Shown: piece by piece, positions 59,423 to 64,000 of the stretch
Layout of the letters: each line of letters starts with the position of its first letter
Numbering within the stretch: the stretch's first letter is position 1
From: Strigamia acuminata
Lineage: Eukaryota
Reading direction: 5' to 3'
Assembly (NCBI GenBank): GCA_949358305.1
Contig: OX442314.1
Coordinates: 13,950,001 to 14,014,000 of the forward strand
DNA: 64,000 nt
Translations under genes and position numbers: made by a program
The notes under the pieces: generated by a model
Databases searched by the model: none
What the model was told of the DNA's origin: nothing
The model's input: only the letters and a program-made list of their open reading frames with translations

Positions 59423-60090
59423 CCAGCCGCCCAGAATTCACCTTAACCCATTCACCGACCCAAGTAACGGTTTCCATACCAAATTCGCACGTTACCATCT
59501 TCAAACTGCTTTTATTGATTGCGTTTGTCGCCGTGCCAATTGTAGCATCGACCTTGCCAATTATAATGCCTTCCAACCAAATGGGCCGCGCTCTCAGAGA
59601 CGATGCAATTGTCAATTGGGCAACTCATAGTGCGACCTTAATTGCTCTAGCACATTTAGCTTCCGATGACCGCTTACCCGAATTGCTCAAACTTCATGAC
59701 GAGGCTTTCGTCGAGGCTTTGAGTGATGCAATTTTGACGCCTTTGGAAAATGATATTGATAATCGAAAGACTAAACAACGTATCAGTGATTCCGTTCTTA
59801 AGTTAATTCAAATCGTTAAATCTTGGGACAACTTTGGGACCGAGGAAAATGAAGAAACGGACGAGGAAGAGGAAACTGTACCAGATAAAACGAGAGATAG
59901 TGAACCCGATAATTATAGCGCTATTGAAAATGGTAAAAAATTGATAGATTTTTTTTATAAGACACAGAACAACACCTGCAATGTATTACGAGAAGTAAAT
60001 AAATTATGCTCAACCAAGATGTATCAACGATTATTTCATTTCTTACGCATGCGCAGTAAAGATAAACGCACCACAATCAATGACCATTGA
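59423..60090 (+). pseudogene. 5'-truncated duplicate of gene X
   Basis: Aligns to 46430 onward with 13 substitutions and a 1-nt deletion over about 510 nt (manual count). It lacks the first ~110 codons. Confidence 0.85.
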
Positions 60091-60671
60091 CCAATCACAC
60101 TTTTTGTTGAATACTTTATTTCCTTCTGAAATTAACAAATTTAATAGAAAAAAAAACACTTGTAAATGCACAGGGCTGCTGAGAGACAAAATGACACCAC
60201 AAACAAACATTGTTGTAGCGGCCCAAAGAACAAAAAAATAAAAATAAATAAATACTGCACTACATGCAAGTGGCGCGTGTCTAACACCTAAAACTTAGCC
60301 TAACTAAAATGGCTGTGGCTTGCACCACCTGTGCTTAGCAGCGGCTCCGCTAGGGACAATAACTTTTAATTTTGTCAAAACAAAAAATACATAGTTTTTG
60401 TTATTATTAGATTTATATTTTTACTGGCAATTAAACAACATTAAAAATATGTATTTTGTACTCTCACAACAGTGCAAAACCCAGTGAAAAAACTTGAGGC
60501 ACAACAATATTAAACTACCACAGCAATCCAAATCCAATGAAAAGCATTGTTAAGTAGCTGATCCACCATTATGACAAATACTGCATCAGTGATGAAATAG
60601 TTTCAGAACGGTAGATCAGCCACTTATCAATGCCCGCCAAAGACAATCAAGAATAATAAAACGAATAAACT

Positions 60672-63600
60672 CTATAAAACCATAGGTTCAACATCACAGA
60701 CTTCCTCCACTTCGATTTCATCCATCTCAAATATATCATCCAAAGTGAGAGGTTTTTGTTCCCCTAGTGAATTCGGATCCAAGCCACCGAGACTCTTCAA
60801 ATTATTGCTACTCTTCTTCACAAATCGCAGAATAAGTTTCGCGACGTTTATTTTAGCTTGTCTCGCATTCGCTCCCACACCGCGGAACGTTTTCGCAACT
60901 AATCGTACAGTTACAACATACTTCTGCGGTTCGTCTTCATCCCTTTTGGCTTCTGGTACTGCTTTGCTGCAGTCCAAAAAAATAACACCGTATGATGAAA
61001 ACTACAGATTTATTTCATTACCTTTAAGTACCTGAATTTAATGTCGGGGAATATCTCGTACACTTCTCTTACGGGGGCCTTGGGTGTGTTTATCGTATAC
61101 TCTTCTGCAATATCAATAAAAATTGTAATAACTTTTCAATATAGTCCAACCCCATTACAGCAAATCGTTCATTCAGATTCATGAATTTGATTAAATTTCA
61201 ATTTTACACTGGTGAGGTATTGGTGCATATGTGGGTTTTCGCTTTTACAGGGTCAAGTTGGAAAAATAAGGGAGCGGATAAAATTCCAAAGCCTGCCTGT
61301 ACAAGTTTAAAGAGAGAGTCATTTACAAACTCACTTCACTTACTTTTGGCTTACCAGCTTAACTGGCAAACTCAAGCTAGCTAGGTAGCTAGCGAGAAAC
61401 TCCCGCCAAAATCTCCTCCAAGAATTTCCTCACAATGCTGATTGGCTGTCAAAGTCACATGACCAAAACACCAGCAAGCTTGAAGCTGGTAAATCTAACT
61501 CGGTTTGATCGAAGCGGATGAGTACAAGCTCGCTTCAAACAATGCTACCAGTCGCATCTCGATGTCGCTCCTGAATCGAGAACACATTTATCGCCACACG
61601 AACACTCTAGTGAATATTTTCAACGACATGTTTGCAGCAAACCCTACAACCAAGGCAAATTCTAACAAGTTTGAATCAACAATTAAGAAAATTGTTAAAA
61701 TTGTTAAAAATGCGAAACCACTAAGCCTCGTTTCGGGCGACCATGCGGTCGCTAGCCGAAAACGCAGAAAAACCACTGAATCTAGCCAGCCCGACACAAA
61801 ATCGTCTGCTCTGGACCAACGTATACACTCTCCCTACGTATCTGGCAACATTTCAGGTGATTCCAAAGAAATTAATCTCGTGGCTGACGGCTGCGATGAC
61901 CGCGATCGTCGTGTCATTTCTGACACCAATTCGTCTGTTCACGATCACCGTGACCGCACTGAGGATGTTCCCGCTGGCCCTGGCAACTCTGCTGATCCCC
62001 AAACTGCCGTTTTCGCGACCCCAGACCCACCGGATCCACCGCCACCACAGTCGATCATCGACGTTGACGCTGACACTCATGCCGCCGCTAATTCGGCCCT
62101 TGATCCGCCGTCACAACTAGACCAAATTCAAGCTGCCATTGCACGAATGCTAACCTCGTTAGCCATCATGAACAATACAATTAAGGTACATTCAACTGAA
62201 ATCACTGCAATGAAAACTGGCTCGTTCAGCAGTATCGATCGCCCGGCCACTCTTCCGACTGCCCCGCCGCGGCTGCTGTTACCGCTACCAACACCGCCGC
62301 CCCCGTCTTCGTCGTTGCCGCCGCCTCGACTGCCCCCGTCCTTGTCGACGTCAACCGTGACCACGTCGTCAACACCGCTGTCGTACGCCCAAGCGCCGCT
62401 CCCCATCACCGTCCACTCAACCACCGTATTGATTCTGAAATCAACACTGAAGTCCAGTCGCCGACTCGCCAAAAGGCCTATCCCTCACGGCGTACTGCCC
62501 CTCGCCTCCGCTCGAATATTGGAAACGTTGTCGGCAGCTCCCTACGTGCCGCTACGTCTCTAAATGACCGCCCAACTACTCGAATCATCCTGTGTAACCT
62601 GCTGGCCGCCACCACGAGTGACGAGGTCTGCAAATACGCAGAGTCCCGTGGCCTGACCGTCCTCCAGTGTGATAGATGGACAAAAGAAAACAGCAGGATC
62701 AGCAAGCCTTTCTTCCTTCGTATTGCCTCGGACGATCTTGCCTCACTCCTCTCCCCCAACCTGTGGCCCTGCAGCATTGAGGTCCGTCCCTTTCACGGCA
62801 AAAATCCCCCCCTCGTTTCTTCTACCCAAATTAATATGTAATTCGTAATTTGCATCTGTAATTTTTTACTCACTTGTATCTCATCTCTTTTTACTCCTTT
62901 GGAGTGCGAATAAATAAATAGATAAATAAAAACCAAACTTGTGTTTGCTCAAGCAAGTTTTTAGCCGCTTTTTCAAGTAAAAGCAAGCTTTTAAATTTTA
63001 CCTGCTCCCTTGTGTTTCCACCCTTTAGATTTAGACTATATAAAAAATAACAACAAACTAACTAATAATCGGTTCCATCATTCTGAAATAAACTCTCCAG
63101 ACTGCATCCAAACTGCATCCACTATCCAAATAAATAGCTCCGGCTACAGATTCGAATACATCACCCAAAGCTTTGGGCACTTCAACTTCCTCCTCATCTA
63201 GACACTCATTTTCTTCATATAACGACTGAAAATAAAGAGAAAATATAAACAAAAATAAAACAAATTCGGACGTCTTAAACTAAACCTTTTTTTAAGCTCA
63301 CCATAATATTTATTCTATCTCTCTCCACCAATGCCAGAAATTTATTTATGGCATTAAACAAACTTGGGCTTCTAGCATTCAAACGATGATGAAAATGAAA
63401 CTGCACAGCTAATTTGGCAAAAGTGATGTTATTAACCAAAGCCGACCTCATATCAGTCAACTTCCCCGGCGGAAACTTCCTCTTGTCTTCGAAAAGATGC
63501 CAGGTAATCAAATAATCTTTTTAAACAAAAAATAATTAATTCAATTCGTAAAATATTTAAATTGCATATTCAATTAACCTAAAATTGCATCTCCAAGAAA

Positions 63601-64000
63601 TTCGAGTCTCTGATAACAATCAGTCACCTGATTATTGTAATACGAAGGATGAGTAAAGGCCTGAACAAGGAAGGACCTGTCTCGAAAGGCGTAACCAATT
63701 TCCGCTTCAAAGTCGTCCAATCCCAACTGCAGTTTCTCCGGTGCGCATTTCAATGGATTGATTAAAGCCGTAGTCGGAAAATTATACGCTTTAATCTCGC
63801 TCATCCCCGACGACTCATCAATCGGCAATATCTTAAATCCAAGAAAGATGAGAAAGCGCAGAGCTGCTGCCGGTCCCGCGTACAACAAATACGCTCCAAG
63901 AATCGCCTCGACACAATCGGCGACGCTTTTGTCCGCAATCAGCTGAAACCGTGTCAAGTTTTTCACATCCTCTTCCTTCTCCAAACGGACAGTTTCGTCT
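60672..64000 (-). CDS. Dcr-2: Dicer, copy 2 (3' part only: end of RNase IIIa, RNase IIIb, dsRBD); continues beyond the window
   Basis: Exons >64000-63579, 63516-63302, 63225-63063, 61104-61032, 60966-60672 (TAG). The four complete exons have the same lengths as in copy 1, all visible splice sites are kept, no stops or frameshifts are visible, and the catalytic motifs [13 protein letters not shown] and DVFE are intact. Confidence 0.88.
61541..62930 (+). mobile_element. Non-LTR retroelement carrying only an ORF1 (gag-like) gene with a (TAAA)n tail, inside a Dicer copy 2 intron
   Basis: Absent from the paralogous intron (empty site near 49221-49235). ORF from ATG 61562 with coiled-coil-like, Pro-rich and SYAQA segments; one frameshift near 62400; then [20 protein letters not shown]...[28 protein letters not shown] to TAA 62839-62841. 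About 65 nt of 3' sequence follow, then AATAAATAAATAGATAAATAAA. Confidence 0.75.

Noticed and set aside
59404..60090. 228-aa ORF as an independent gene
   Set aside because: It starts at a TTG in the DESI2 intron and is open only because of the 1-nt deletion in the duplicated gene X fragment.
61505..62563. 352-aa ORF as a nested host gene starting at 61505
   Set aside because: The listed start is a TTG in flanking intron sequence; the ORF lies in a copy-specific insert with a (TAAA)n tail and continues in another frame.
59423..64000. Second Dicer as an uncollapsed haplotype or assembly artefact
   Set aside because: A clean chimeric junction, copy-specific insertions, an inversion and several percent divergence fit a real tandem duplication better; read data are still needed.

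Overview
AT-rich, gene-dense eukaryotic genomic DNA with very short GT-AG introns (often 50-70 nt), most likely an arthropod-like invertebrate; the species cannot be determined from this window. Genes in order: a PH-PH-MyTH4-FERM gene (PLEKHH/MAX-1-like, +, 5' end uncertain), a decayed Ty3/gypsy element, GTP cyclohydrolase I (-), ribokinase (+), a 58-aa mitochondrial ribosomal protein L33 missed by the ORF track (-), HIF-alpha with both ODD prolines and a C-TAD (-), KNTC1/rough deal (-), a ZNF839-like gene (-), three orphan secreted or membrane proteins, and a complete Dicer (probably Dicer-2-like, -). The most notable structure is a tandem duplication of about 13 kb. Its breakpoint (59423, equivalent to 46430) joins the 5' exons of a DESI2/PPPDE gene in frame to the 3' half of an orphan gene, and it creates a second Dicer copy that runs off the right edge. 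The two Dicers appear to diverge fast and asymmetrically. Each carries its own transposon insertions, including an ORF1-only non-LTR retroelement with no reverse transcriptase. Gene models and difference counts were made by eye and family assignments from recalled motifs; no database searches were run.
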